IMG/VR virus record: IMGVR_UViG_3300030329_002114
Span: 24,987 to 88,986 of that record
From: a virus
DNA: 64,000 nt
Direction: 5' to 3' (one strand)
Below the pieces are notes generated by a model, which had not been told where the DNA came from, searched no databases, and worked only from the letters and a program-made list of their open reading frames with translations. Both the position numbers and the translations under genes were made by a program. Positions 36,928 to 47,594 of the stretch are shown in pieces. Position 1 is the stretch's first letter. Each line of letters opens with the position of its first letter.

Positions 36928-37145
36928 ATAAACCATCCTTTTCTTATTGTAAATGATGTGAATAATTCCAGTCTAGTTATTCCAAGCACAACTTGAATAC
37001 TATCTCCAGCAAGTGTTGAGTATCCTATGCCTACCATAAATGTTTTAAATATTATCACTCTGCTCATCACCATTTCCTGATACTTCGTCTTCGTTATTGT
37101 GATTATAGGAAGACCCAGAAGTGTCAGTGATTGTCCATGTTTCAT
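36924..37145 (-). CDS. hypothetical hydrophobic protein
   Basis: ORF coupled to the downstream gene. Confidence 0.45.
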   Translation of the reverse strand: MKHGQSLTLLGLPIITITKTKYQEMVMSRVIIFKTFMVGIGYSTLAGDSIQVVLGITRLELFTSFTIRKGWFI

Positions 37146-37278
37146 ATATATCCGCCTTTGTTTTAAATATCATTGTTGTTGTTTTATTAATATCATGATC
37201 ATATATATACACATATGCATCATGCCCTTCAATTTTTTCTATTTCATTATTTTTAATATGTATTTCTATAGAAGCCAT
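37045..37278 (-). CDS. hypothetical acidic protein
   Basis: AAGGAG RBS. Confidence 0.55.
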   Translation of the reverse strand: MASIEIHIKNNEIEKIEGHDAYVYIYDHDINKTTTMIFKTKADIYETWTITDTSGSSYNHNNEDEVSGNGDEQSDNI

Positions 37279-37334
37279 ATTGTCTCCTTTGTATGTGGAT
37301 AGGGCACAAATAAAGGAATCTGTGCCCCATTTTA

Positions 37335-39158
37335 TTAATTACGCTTGTCAAAAGTAAACGTTTCCCAGTTGTAGTCCAAGATAATTTCAAAGGTTGATTC
37401 GTCTCTTGCTTTAAGAGACCTTACTAATCTTTTCTTTGTCATTGCCCTTCCCTCAAATGATATATATTGGTCTGATTTTTGTTCTATGGCACTATTGCCT
37501 TTACCACTATGTACATTTAAAGAATTTGTCTCTTGATAGCTATAAGATGCTGATTTAGAAATATGATGTACTGCTAATACCATTACATCTTCATTCATTG
37601 CCAAGTCTTTTAATCCATTAGCAATTATTTCCTGTCTAGCAAAATCATCTTTTCCAGCATACTTTGCCTTTACTCTATCAATAGTGTCTACAACAACTAT
37701 TTTTGCACCTGATTCAGAAACTACACTTGGTAAATCTTCAATGTCTGGTGACATTGTCATCAATTTAATATGTTTAATTGATTCCATCCCCAAATCTATT
37801 ATTTCTGAGTTCTTATTTGCAAACGCACTTAAAACCTCATGTTTCTTCATTAGCAATGTAGCTTGAAGAAATCTTCTTATCATTGTTATATCATCTACCT
37901 CTAAAGATAAGAATAAAGTATTAATATTCTTTAGTTTTGTGATTATATATTGATAGAAAGCTGTTTTTCCAAGTCCAGTATCGCCTATTAAGGTAATTAA
38001 TTGTCCTGTGGTAAACAGGTGAGGTTTTGATATAAATGGAAATATATCCTTTAAGTCAAAAGACTTATCTGTAAAATCAGTAGTTAAATAATCAACAAGA
38101 CGAGATGTCATGTCTTCAGCATTTAACATTTCAGATTCTTCATCTAGATTTTTCCATTTATATAACATGCATTTAGTATCGCAATAAGGCTGTAATACAG
38201 GATGATTACAACCATAGTTATAGTCATTTTTAAAAGCATCACTAACAATCTTACTTGTTTCAACAGCTGGTAATGGATTATCCATTTTTTCCATATATGC
38301 TCTTGCTAAATGGTCACATGCTATTTTATCAAAAGCATATTTTTTACGCCATATACTAACAAGTGCTAATAGATGTTTATGTCTATTATTAGGAACATAT
38401 CCAGCATTATAAATATGTTGAACGCATGTAATGTATCTAGTGCTTAACCCACCAGCATTATCAAATACTTTACGAACCTCGGCTATGTTTTTTCTGCTCA
38501 TATCCATAGGCTCTAGTCCTTCAACTACTTCTTTTATTATATGGCTTGGTTTATAATCTGATCTTATTTCTTTAGCCATATCTAAAATATCGTAATATTC
38601 TAGATTTTCAAGTTCATCATAACTAATTGGTATTTTAAATAGTCCAGAACCTTTATGGTAAGAGAAACCAGCTCGTATTAATCTTCGACTGTCATAGATA
38701 ATGTCTATTAAGTTTCCAAAATCACGTTGCATTGTTGCTCTTACTTGTTTGGCTATCTGATTAGAGTCTTTAAATCCGTATACATTTCCAACATGTATAT
38801 GGAATCCTTTTCCAGAAAACCAAATATTATAATGCTCTGGTTTAATTGATAGCTGTGACATTTTATTTATAACATCTATAACTTTTGCTTTTGTTTGATT
38901 GCCTTCATTATTATCATTTTTAATATAGTCAATATCTATAACAAGTTTATCAACGCTCTGGATTCCATTAAATCCAGTAACTGTATTATTTTCTGCTACA
39001 AAATCAACTATATCAGAATGATATAAAAACATACTTCTATATATTTCAGCATTTTGATTTTTAGATGCTATTTTAGGAAAGTCCTCTAATTTGCATAGAT
39101 TGTTTCTATTGCTTATACTTCTTACAGCGTATTCTAACCACCAGTCACTAGCAGCCAT
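37335..39158 (-). CDS. AEP primase(-polymerase) fused to SF4/RecA-like helicase
   Basis: IDID and FSGKGFHI (AEP), Cys cluster, Walker A GDTGLGKT, LSLE, VVVDTID, VHH. Confidence 0.88.
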   Translation of the reverse strand: MAASDWWLEYAVRSISNRNNLCKLEDFPKIASKNQNAEIYRSMFLYHSDIVDFVAENNTVTGFNGIQSVDKLVIDIDYIKNDNNEGNQTKAKVIDVINKMSQLSIKPEHYNIWFSGKGFHIHVGNVYGFKDSNQIAKQVRATMQRDFGNLIDIIYDSRRLIRAGFSYHKGSGLFKIPISYDELENLEYYDILDMAKEIRSDYKPSHIIKEVVEGLEPMDMSRKNIAEVRKVFDNAGGLSTRYITCVQHIYNAGYVPNNRHKHLLALVSIWRKKYAFDKIACDHLARAYMEKMDNPLPAVETSKIVSDAFKNDYNYGCNHPVLQPYCDTKCMLYKWKNLDEESEMLNAEDMTSRLVDYLTTDFTDKSFDLKDIFPFISKPHLFTTGQLITLIGDTGLGKTAFYQYIITKLKNINTLFLSLEVDDITMIRRFLQATLLMKKHEVLSAFANKNSEIIDLGMESIKHIKLMTMSPDIEDLPSVVSESGAKIVVVDTIDRVKAKYAGKDDFARQEIIANGLKDLAMNEDVMVLAVHHISKSASYSYQETNSLNVHSGKGNSAIEQKSDQYISFEGRAMTKKRLVRSLKARDESTFEIILDYNWETFTFDKRN

Positions 39159-39406
39159 GTTGTCTCCGCACTTTTATTTTTAACTTCTTCTACCTTAGAA
39201 ACATCAATATCGTCTAGTTCCTGTCCACTCTTGAGGTCTCTCCAAGCTCGTGAGTATGTACTGGGGGTGTGTAATTTCCCCCAGTACTCTTTACCATACT
39301 CAACCAACTTCGTTTCAATTTCATGGGATGCTACTGTATCTATATTATTGTCCAATCTTCTTCTTAACCATGCTTTTATTATGAATTTTATAGTTGGTAC
39401 TTTCAT
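39134..39406 (-). CDS. hypothetical protein, possibly winged helix
   Basis: Coupled ORF; TPSTYSRAWR helix. Confidence 0.55.
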   Translation of the reverse strand: MKVPTIKFIIKAWLRRRLDNNIDTVASHEIETKLVEYGKEYWGKLHTPSTYSRAWRDLKSGQELDDIDVSKVEEVKNKSAETTWLLVTGG

Positions 39407-39408
39407 TT

Positions 39409-39975
39409 TTAAATGTCCAAGCTAAAATCAACATCAGCATTTTCTTTTTTGCTTTCTGTTGGTTTGTTGTTTACATCTAAATCATTGGACATATCATCAG
39501 TAAAGTAGTTTTTAATCCATCCGTCTTTTACTTGTTGAAGAACTTTCTTCTTAAGTGTTCCTTCTGGAGCATTTGCAGATGCTACAATATCAAAAGTATC
39601 CCAGAAATGCTTTCCGCTTTTCTTTAGTTTTGTTGTTTTATAACTACATACTTTAAATTGTCTTCCAACTGATACATCTAACCATTTTTCTGGTATTGAC
39701 CAATCATCATTCATAAATAGCTCTTTTTCATTGAATAATACTTGAAAGAAATTCTTTACCTTAAAAGCTGATCCCCAAGATTTTGGATTGTCTGCTCCTA
39801 ATTCTCGTTTAAGATTTCCTTTTATTTCAAGTTCTTTATCCCAATCCTGACCATCATTGTAAGTAACTGTCATAAATATATCGAATGTTGGGTTCCAAGA
39901 TCCCCATTGTTTTGTAACATCGTATTCTACTTTGATAGATTTTACAGTTGCTATTGTTTCATAACCTCCAGCCAT
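39409..39975 (-). CDS. putative single-stranded DNA-binding protein
   Basis: Between annealase and primase; aromatic beta-rich body, acidic tail DVDFSLDI. Confidence 0.5.
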   Translation of the reverse strand: MAGGYETIATVKSIKVEYDVTKQWGSWNPTFDIFMTVTYNDGQDWDKELEIKGNLKRELGADNPKSWGSAFKVKNFFQVLFNEKELFMNDDWSIPEKWLDVSVGRQFKVCSYKTTKLKKSGKHFWDTFDIVASANAPEGTLKKKVLQQVKDGWIKNYFTDDMSNDLDVNNKPTESKKENADVDFSLDI

Positions 39976-40649
39976 TATTTATTCTCCTTTGCTTTAGTTC
40001 TGAGTTCTTTAACTTTAATTTCCAACTTATCAATAGCATTTTGTGCTGCTTTTTCAGTTGGATTTTTATTAATTAGATCTTTGATTTTTTTCTGTGTTTC
40101 AGTACCATTAAATACAGGGTCTCTACTTAGTCTATCTAGTTTTACATTTTGATCTACTGTAATGTGCCCATTAGTTGGTCTTTTACCATTTATTAATGTT
40201 TCTGGTCTATAATCTAAATCTTTAATATCTTCACCGAACCAAAGTTCTACTCCAAATCCTGTTAGCATACTACCAGCTTTTGCTATACAGCGTCTAATCG
40301 TATTTTCTATTTGTGCTGAATCTGGTTTACTTGCTGCGTTCATTTTAAAATCACGCACAGCTAAACATTCTTCATGGGAGTGAGAATCTCCATCGTTATC
40401 AGTAACAGTAAGTGTTACTTTAACCATTGCAGATCCATCAGGCATATACATATAAGGCACTGTAAAATTTGTGCCTTCTTTTGTTATTGTATATTCATGT
40501 ACTTTGTATTCTACATATTGAAATGATTTTTTAATTGTATCGTGCATAACTGCCCAAGATACATAATCAGCTGAGAATTTTCCACCGCCTTTTGTTTCTA
40601 CAAATGGCTTATAGTCTTTATTTCTCAACGTATTATAAAATTGACTCAT
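39975..40649 (-). CDS. Sak3/DUF1071-like ssDNA annealing protein
   Basis: DYVSWA...MVKV...I.N.IRRCIAKA...GFG.ELW.GEDI. Confidence 0.8.
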   Translation of the reverse strand: MSQFYNTLRNKDYKPFVETKGGGKFSADYVSWAVMHDTIKKSFQYVEYKVHEYTITKEGTNFTVPYMYMPDGSAMVKVTLTVTDNDGDSHSHEECLAVRDFKMNAASKPDSAQIENTIRRCIAKAGSMLTGFGVELWFGEDIKDLDYRPETLINGKRPTNGHITVDQNVKLDRLSRDPVFNGTETQKKIKDLINKNPTEKAAQNAIDKLEIKVKELRTKAKENK

Positions 40650-40784
40650 ATATTCTCCTATTTATTATTAATAATATTATACTATAAATAAAGGAAGCAG
40701 TACATTGTGTGCTAGGATGCGGAGCCCAGCTTATACCAAAAAGGAATATGGCATGTGTGTTAATTAGTACTGCTCCCTTATTTT

Positions 40785-41750
40785 TTAAGTTAAGACAATT
40801 GGCTTTACATAATCTGTTTCACCGTCTCTCCATTTTAAGGCATCTATTACAGTATTTTCTGTATTAGGTATACCTTCAAAATGTATTTCTGATGTACTTG
40901 GATTTACCATTCTTAAATAATTACACCATCTATATCTATCTGGAAATGTAGCATCTTCTACTTTAACTTCAACTACTTCATAGGGTCTATTATCTACAGA
41001 ATGTTTATCAAGTACTCTGCTTTCACAATTGGCTAGAATTGTATCCATACCAAAAGCAGCTATTACTTCTCTTCTTTCTGATACATTAAATAATCTAAAT
41101 GCGTCTTTCATATCTAAATCATTTATACATCCAGTATTCCGAAACTTATTTAATCTAGTTAATGCATTATTATTTTGTGCACGAGCTCTAGCTCTTGCGT
41201 TTCTTTGTAGTTTATAAGCATTTATCCAGTTGTCTACATTATTCTTTATCTCCTTAGGTGGTTTATTAAGTACTTTATAAGTATTTAAATCAATTTTCAT
41301 TCCAAGGAAAACATATTTATCTTCTGGATTTTGTTTATTAACAAGTTCATTACAAGATTTTGTAGATTTTATTTCATGTTTTGTTCCTTCATACATTGCT
41401 CTTGTTCCCCAATGATATTTTATGTTTATATTATCATGAAATTCATTTCCAAACGCTTGTGCTCCTCTTTGTAATAGCTCTGCATCATATATAGTCATTA
41501 TATTTTTCTGAAGATCTATTACTATTCCTTTTGGCACTTGTGCTTCAGTTGCTATATACCAGTCTTGTACAGCATTTATTATTTTATTATTTCCATAAAA
41601 TAATATATATCGTGAACCATTTATCCACTTTTTACATAAATGCATTTTATTTGATGCTAAGTGTCTAAATTTATCCATAATTGTTTTTATTTTTACATTG
41701 CCACTTTTTCCTACTCTGTAGGTGTTTGGATTATAATTTGCAAATGCCAT
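40785..41750 (-). CDS. DUF6745-like protein
   Basis: NV.ERR...YL.M..PST..H...P......AL.W C-terminus. Confidence 0.6.
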   Translation of the reverse strand: MAFANYNPNTYRVGKSGNVKIKTIMDKFRHLASNKMHLCKKWINGSRYILFYGNNKIINAVQDWYIATEAQVPKGIVIDLQKNIMTIYDAELLQRGAQAFGNEFHDNINIKYHWGTRAMYEGTKHEIKSTKSCNELVNKQNPEDKYVFLGMKIDLNTYKVLNKPPKEIKNNVDNWINAYKLQRNARARARAQNNNALTRLNKFRNTGCINDLDMKDAFRLFNVSERREVIAAFGMDTILANCESRVLDKHSVDNRPYEVVEVKVEDATFPDRYRWCNYLRMVNPSTSEIHFEGIPNTENTVIDALKWRDGETDYVKPIVLT

Positions 41751-42231
41751 TAGTCTATTACGCTCCTTGTTAGTTGTGAAAAGTGATCAAACTCTTTTAC
41801 AATGTCTATTTTATAACATCCAGACGGAACGTGAATTGGATTATGCTCTTCATGTGTTAAAGTGCCTACCGCATCTTTTCCTTCTATTAATACAAAATTG
41901 CATTGAGCTGGATCATCACTTGATCTCCAGCCAGAGTTTGAATAAGCTGTGATTGTCGCTCCTTCTGTAGCTGTTTCAAAACGATGATGATGTCCTGTAG
42001 CTTCTCCTAAAGCTACTGTACATTTGTTATTGCTTAATGAATGATCAATTGTTTCACCATCTGATCTTTTATTCTTTATTTCAATATTTTTATCATACAC
42101 ATCACCAGAGTTTAAACCAGATGTAATTTTAAAATTACTATAATGTTTTTTCTCTTCTTCTGCTTTTAATTTTAGAAATTCTGTTTTATCTATTTCCTTA
42201 AAAAGAACATCTCCTTGTTGAAATTTCTTCA
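41750..42231 (-). CDS. conserved phage protein, partner of the DUF6745-like gene
   Basis: QQGDV...LGEATGHHH...LTHEEH..I..P.G.Y His-rich motifs; probable start MKKFQQ. Confidence 0.65.
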
Positions 42232-42392
42232 TTTGTTTTCCTTTTTTAATTATTGCACAAGACATTTACTTATCGACTACCATTTCTAAAAGAAACAATA
42301 AACCATCTTTATTCTACTTTGATTTCGAATCAAGCTGTATAAGATATGGAAGATTGGTAGGATTTGTTTCAATGCCTTGTGCATATTATTAT

Positions 42393-43109
42393 TTAAGCTG
42401 TTGCTAGATTATGCAACTTAATATGTTGTTGTATTATCCTGTTTGGTGGTGTGCTCTTCAGAGCTTCCGTACAGGCATTATACAATGACCACATATTCTT
42501 ATCTTTAAACTCTTCATATGGTGGTTTATTCCAACAATTTAAAGCTGTTGTAAGCTGTCTAGCTTTTAAAACTTTATTGCCGAATAAATACCCAAGAAAC
42601 TCATAAGCTTTTTTATTGCTCATATCTGTTTCTTGCATTTTGTTTTTATCTTCAATAATGTTTTGGAATTTCCCATCACTTTGAAAGTTATATACAGTTT
42701 TGATTAATTGATCCCTAAGGCTGTCAAATACATTCTTAGTATGTTTACGCATAATGACAAAGTCACCAGCGAATATCAAGTTATCACAAACTGTTATACT
42801 GCTACCAAAGCAATAACCATTTGACATAGATTTGTCGTGTGAAGAGCGAATGCCTAAAGCTACACTCATATCATCTGCTGATTCATGAGCATATTTTAAT
42901 ACTGCAAACATTCTTTGGTCTTTTGCAGCTAATGCATATTCTGAGCCTAGATATTCATAATCTTTTAATAAATCATCAGCTATTGTTTTTGCATTAGTAA
43001 CTAAATCAGAAAACGCTACTGGTGTGTACGTTTCTGTTTCTTCTGGTAGTTTGACATCAGCAAGCTCGCTAAAGCTTACTTGTCTTCCACCACAATGTAA
43101 TATCATCAT
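42393..43109 (-). CDS. DUF932-like protein
   Basis: R.SHDKS......G....VCDN...RKHT...W.LYNA.TE. Confidence 0.7.
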   Translation of the reverse strand: MMILHCGGRQVSFSELADVKLPEETETYTPVAFSDLVTNAKTIADDLLKDYEYLGSEYALAAKDQRMFAVLKYAHESADDMSVALGIRSSHDKSMSNGYCFGSSITVCDNLIFAGDFVIMRKHTKNVFDSLRDQLIKTVYNFQSDGKFQNIIEDKNKMQETDMSNKKAYEFLGYLFGNKVLKARQLTTALNCWNKPPYEEFKDKNMWSLYNACTEALKSTPPNRIIQQHIKLHNLATA

Positions 43110-43113
43110 ATGT

Positions 43114-43314
43114 TTATCCCTTTTTATTAAACATTTGTTCTACTTTTTCAATTTCATCACATAAACTCTTAAGTTCTTCTTCAAGATATGGATAGATATG
43201 TAAGTCAATGTGATGTATTCTATAGGCATTTAAAGCGTCAAGTATTAATCGTACCTCTTTACGGTTATCAAAAGCCAATGCAGGCCTTAGATCTTTTGTT
43301 TTCTTTCTTTTCAT
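43114..43314 (-). CDS. hypothetical protein
   Basis: ORF within the operon. Confidence 0.55.
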   Translation of the reverse strand: MKRKKTKDLRPALAFDNRKEVRLILDALNAYRIHHIDLHIYPYLEEELKSLCDEIEKVEQMFNKKG

Positions 43315-43596
43315 TTACTGCTTTAACCTTGTTACTTTTTTTTCTAGTATCTTGTTATCTTTAGTTAGCCTTTCTATTATTTTCATTAAATCTGCAATAT
43401 CTCTTTCACGATCTAGTAATTGCTCTCTATAATTGAATTGTTGTCTTTCTATTAGATTTTCAATTTTGCTCATTAGCTTTCCTCGTTTCAAGTTTGTTTA
43501 GAATACCTAGCCATAGTAAAGGTATTATTGCTATAGCTAGGTTTATTACTACAAACCATGTTACATAAATCATCCACTGGGGTATATCTATTATAA

Positions 43597-43869
43597 TCAT
43601 GATTTTTCTACACTTGTTATTATTGCTTGATCTACTCCAACTTCTCCCATTATTCTTACTATTCTACTTAGTTGAGAGCCAGATTGATTTTCTTTTGTTT
43701 CAATGATAGCACCTTGAACCATCAAATCAATATTGTATCTTTTTCTATCAGCAACTGCATCATATGCCCACCCTGCTCCTTTACCAGCTAGTTTTAGCAT
43801 TTGATTTAAAGCCAAGGCTAAATAACTTGCTCCTTTTGCTACTGTTGAAAATGTTGCAGCTTTGCTCAT
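43597..43869 (-). CDS. hypothetical protein
   Basis: GAGGAG RBS. Confidence 0.65.
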   Translation of the reverse strand: MSKAATFSTVAKGASYLALALNQMLKLAGKGAGWAYDAVADRKRYNIDLMVQGAIIETKENQSGSQLSRIVRIMGEVGVDQAIITSVEKS

Positions 43870-44150
43870 ATTAACTCCTCAAGATCATTTATATTTCTTT
43901 TTAACCAGCCTATTCTTTTTACAAATGATCCTTGCGTTTTTTCTAATTGATAATTTAAAGTGTCGAATTTTGTTTGTATTTCATCTATTTCTTGAGATAT
44001 TTCGTTCATGTCATTTATAGATTGTTTTACAGTTGCAATAGCTAATTCAAAATCTTCTTTTTCGTCTTCATTTTTTGAGCTAACTATTGGTCTTTTAGAA
44101 TCCATAATTTTCATTTTTACTTGATTATAACTCATATGTTCTCTTTCCAT
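43866..44150 (-). CDS. hypothetical coiled-coil protein
   Basis: AAGGA RBS. Confidence 0.6.
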   Translation of the reverse strand: MEREHMSYNQVKMKIMDSKRPIVSSKNEDEKEDFELAIATVKQSINDMNEISQEIDEIQTKFDTLNYQLEKTQGSFVKRIGWLKRNINDLEELI

Positions 44151-44163
44151 AATTGTATTCCTT

Positions 44164-44403
44164 TTATTTTGAATGTTCTGTATATCTAGAGATTTTATCG
44201 TTCAAATCTTCGTTTTTTCCAATTTCATTTGTCAACTCAAGATTATGAAACATAGGTTCTCCTTTTTCATGATTCTTAAAGCATTCAGGACAGTATTCTA
44301 CATCTAAGTGAATTTTTACTGGTTCTGTTTGCCAAGGAACGAATTTTTTCTCTACGGTTGTTGCTATTTCTAATTCAGTTTTTTGATGTTTTATGCATCT
44401 CAT
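44164..44403 (-). CDS. small zinc-ribbon-like protein
   Basis: C..H...CPEC; AAGGAG RBS. Confidence 0.6.
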   Translation of the reverse strand: MRCIKHQKTELEIATTVEKKFVPWQTEPVKIHLDVEYCPECFKNHEKGEPMFHNLELTNEIGKNEDLNDKISRYTEHSK

Positions 44404-44431
44404 AATTACTCCTTATTTTTAGCAGAAATAA

Positions 44432-44468
44432 AGGAAGCTGTACACTAAAGTACAGCCTCCTTTTTTTT
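44432..44468. terminator. intrinsic terminator overlapping a promoter-like motif
   Basis: GGAAGCTGTAC/GTACAGCCTCC with T runs on both strands. Confidence 0.7.
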
Positions 44469-44767
44469 ACTCAACCATAGGGTAAAATCTTGTTGAAAAT
44501 GTTGTTGAACTGCCCTTAAAAGTGGGTTTAATTTACTATTTTTGTTAAAAATAATCAATGTATTATTATTGTTTTAGTTGTCTTGTTGATTTATGTTCTT
44601 TTGTCCATTGTTTGCTTTATATATTGAGTGCGTAAGCACACCTTTTGAAAAATTTCCGAGCATAGCGAGGTAAAAAAAGCACATAGGAAGTCCTATGTGC
44701 TAATTTACTCATCAAACTCTAAACGCTATCACCTGTATTATTGAGTTGATTGAGTTAGGTAAAAGGG

Positions 44768-45130
44768 CTATGAAGCTGAATCTAAGTTGGGTCTTGCTAC
44801 CATAAAGCGTATAGAACCCTTATCTTTCGATAAGAAGTGTACTGCTTTACCAGTATCTTTGTCCTTAAACAGAGACATACCATTTGGTATAAGTTCTGTT
44901 TCAACAAATTTATCCATATCAGACAGTCCCTCTTCTGTCGTTCTTGCCCAGAGGTTGTAGATAAAATCTCTTGATTTATCTTCTTTCATCTGCTCTACAT
45001 TAGTAGGCTGATTTATATAATCACCCTCACTATCTTTAGCTGAACGCTGTAACCAGATGTTTCCATACTGATCAGAGCTTTTGTTTGCGATTGAGAACAT
45101 TTTATTTAAGATGTCTTTTAATTGTGACAT
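44768..45130 (-). CDS. hypothetical early protein
   Basis: AGGAG RBS before MSQLKD; motif directly upstream. Confidence 0.75.
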   Translation of the reverse strand: MSQLKDILNKMFSIANKSSDQYGNIWLQRSAKDSEGDYINQPTNVEQMKEDKSRDFIYNLWARTTEEGLSDMDKFVETELIPNGMSLFKDKDTGKAVHFLSKDKGSIRFMVARPNLDSAS

Positions 45131-45218
45131 ATTAACTCCTATGTTTTGGTTGAGTGGCAATGTTGCCAGAAATAAAGGAAACTGTTCTTAATAAGACTAC
45201 ACGGGATTAAGTCTTTAC

Positions 45219-45476
45219 TCAAAATATAAGAAAAAAGTTCCCTCTATGAGCGATCTTTTTACAATCTGATAAATTTGAGTCTTTACCCGTAACTGGGTTG
45301 CTTATAGTTTTATTTTTGTCCTTTCGGATCACGATAATCATATCTGTCTGTTTCACAACACATAATTCCTGAAGTACAATACTTACCCTCTTCTCTAAAG
45401 CTTTTATACCCTCACGAGTGTCAAAAGCATATGAATTATTCAGATATTTAGATTCAGTTGGATAACTACGAACCAA
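45219..45476 (-). CDS. hypothetical early protein
   Basis: ORF with AGGAG close to the start. Confidence 0.45.
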   Translation of the reverse strand: MVRSYPTESKYLNNSYAFDTREGIKALEKRVSIVLQELCVVKQTDMIIVIRKDKNKTISNPVTGKDSNLSDCKKIAHRGNFFLIF

Positions 45477-45973
45477 CTCCTAGATTACCAAGCAACAAAG
45501 ACTAGACTTTGTTTAGTTACCAGCGTACAATTCAGTCTTTCGACACAATCTCAACAGTAGTCGTTGATTGTTTAGTACTTTAAGTACTAATTCATTGTCT
45601 TTAGAATTATCATCTTTGCCAAGTAAATAAATACTCTAAAGATGTAGTGCGAGAAAATAACCTAGATGATCTGTCTCTGTTCTTTTCTCTCCTATTAAGA
45701 ACTTATTGTTGGGGCTACTCCATACACCTACTAATTCTTAGGTGGCTAAAAGCAATGTAGCCCTCATAAATAAAGGAAGCTGTTTTTAAATTCTTTATAT
45801 AACGAGATACGAAGTATCACATTGTAAAAAGAAATAAAATAAATAAGGGGAATTGAGGAGCAATTCACGTCTTGTTGAAAGGCTTGTCCTGAAAGGATTC
45901 TTTTAAAAATAAAGAAAAGCTTTGAAAAGAAAAGGCTCCGATGAACAGAGCCTTATCTTATTGATGTTAAAGT

Positions 45974-46312
45974 TCACAGATTGACTTTAACAGTTCTTTT
46001 TATTCGTGCCACTTGCTTTTCAAGTTCATCAATGCAATTATCTAAATGAACCCAAGGGGAAATTACATACCCTTGGGTATTACAATTGTCACACGAAGGA
46101 CATCCGTCATGATGATTATGAAGTGGTTCATCATATGGACAAATTTCTTCCACTATTTTAATGATTTCGTTAATAGTGTCTTTCCTTTCTTGAAGTCCCT
46201 CTACTTTTCTCTTTACTAATATATATCTCTCATCATTTTTCATAAGATTGTCATAATCTTTTTCAGCTTTATTTTTTAGATCTATCAATTTTGTTAATAA
46301 TTGTTGTGTCAT
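45974..46312 (-). CDS. hypothetical early protein with His/Cys cluster
   Basis: AAGGA RBS before MTQQLL; HNHHDGCPSCDNC. Confidence 0.65.
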   Translation of the reverse strand: MTQQLLTKLIDLKNKAEKDYDNLMKNDERYILVKRKVEGLQERKDTINEIIKIVEEICPYDEPLHNHHDGCPSCDNCNTQGYVISPWVHLDNCIDELEKQVARIKRTVKVNL

Positions 46313-46391
46313 TATTGATTCCTTTGTTAATTGTTCAGGCATTGTCGCCAGATATAAAGGAAAAAAGGGAGAAAGAATCTCCCTTTTTATA

Positions 46392-46877
46392 TTAGATACA
46401 AAATTTATCTGAATAGATTTCTTTTGTTATCCTATCTGCACAACGAATAACACGACATTTATCTGTAATCATTCTGTGGTTTTTCATAGCCTGCAATACC
46501 ATATGAGGAACAAGAATAATATCAATATCATCATGATGCATCAATATATATAATGCCTCACGAACATGTCTTGGTATACTAATCTTCAATTCAACATCCA
46601 CCCATTCTATCCCAAATCCCTCAGGATCACTATGTTCTATTTCTTCAATATCAAGTTTCATCCTATTTGACCATTTATCTTCACAAGCTGGTAATATTTC
46701 ACCAGTAATAAAATTAAATGGATGAGGTGATGAAAAATTAGCAATATTTATTCCATTTTCTAGTGTAATGACTGGTGTATTAACTATCACCTTGTGCTTA
46801 TAAAATGTTGAATAAATATATTCTCCGCTTAAAAGATCAGAAAATGCTGATTCTGGTGTTACTTTAATATAACCCAT
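46392..46877 (-). CDS. hypothetical early protein
   Basis: AAGGAG RBS, motif upstream, terminator downstream. Confidence 0.75.
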   Translation of the reverse strand: MGYIKVTPESAFSDLLSGEYIYSTFYKHKVIVNTPVITLENGINIANFSSPHPFNFITGEILPACEDKWSNRMKLDIEEIEHSDPEGFGIEWVDVELKISIPRHVREALYILMHHDDIDIILVPHMVLQAMKNHRMITDKCRVIRCADRITKEIYSDKFCI

Positions 46878-47067
46878 ATAAAACTCCTTTTTTGATTATT
46901 TAGGCATTGTTGCCACACATAAAGGAAATAGCCCCACATAAGTGAGGCTATATTTTATTGTTAAGAAACTGCTCCAAAGAATATCCATATCATAGTTGCA
47001 AAGCCTAATATCATTGCAAAAGTGCAGAGTGCAAGCACAATGGCTGTACTTACACTCTGTATGATAC

Positions 47068-47295
47068 TCACGATGTAGAAAACCTATTCAAGAAACTATC
47101 AACTATATTTTCTTCTTTTTCAGCTTTGCTGAAAGCTTTCTTTGCCTTATGGCAATGATAGTGAACAAGTTTCTGAGGTCTACCTGATTTCACTTCGTTA
47201 TGGACATGTTTAACACCTTTAGAGGTTGTTTCTATAGCTATTGCTGTAACTCCAACAGTTAACCAACAAGCTGTTTTTAAGGTTTTTAGTAGCAT
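47068..47295 (-). CDS. hypothetical early protein
   Basis: GGAGG RBS, motif upstream. Confidence 0.65.
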   Translation of the reverse strand: MLLKTLKTACWLTVGVTAIAIETTSKGVKHVHNEVKSGRPQKLVHYHCHKAKKAFSKAEKEENIVDSFLNRFSTS

Positions 47296-47348
47296 AAAGC
47301 CTCCAATTTAGATTTAATTACCAGACATAAAGGAAAGTTTGCATATTT

Positions 47349-47594
47349 TCAATCTTCCTTTATTCTTATTTCTAAATCAACATGTGATATTATACTATAA
47401 TTTCTGCCAGTGTATACACACCATTTACGCAATTCTCTTAAGAATCTATTAAATTCTATTTCTGCATCTGGCTCTTTTTTGTCATACTTAACATATACAT
47501 CTCCACCATTAAAAGTTCGTATTTCCGTTGGTATTAGTTCGTTATGATCGCAAAAACTAAGTACATCATCTATTAAATGAAATATTGATTTCAT
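47349..47594 (-). CDS. hypothetical early protein
   Basis: AGGAG RBS. Confidence 0.65.
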   Translation of the reverse strand: MKSIFHLIDDVLSFCDHNELIPTEIRTFNGGDVYVKYDKKEPDAEIEFNRFLRELRKWCVYTGRNYSIISHVDLEIRIKED

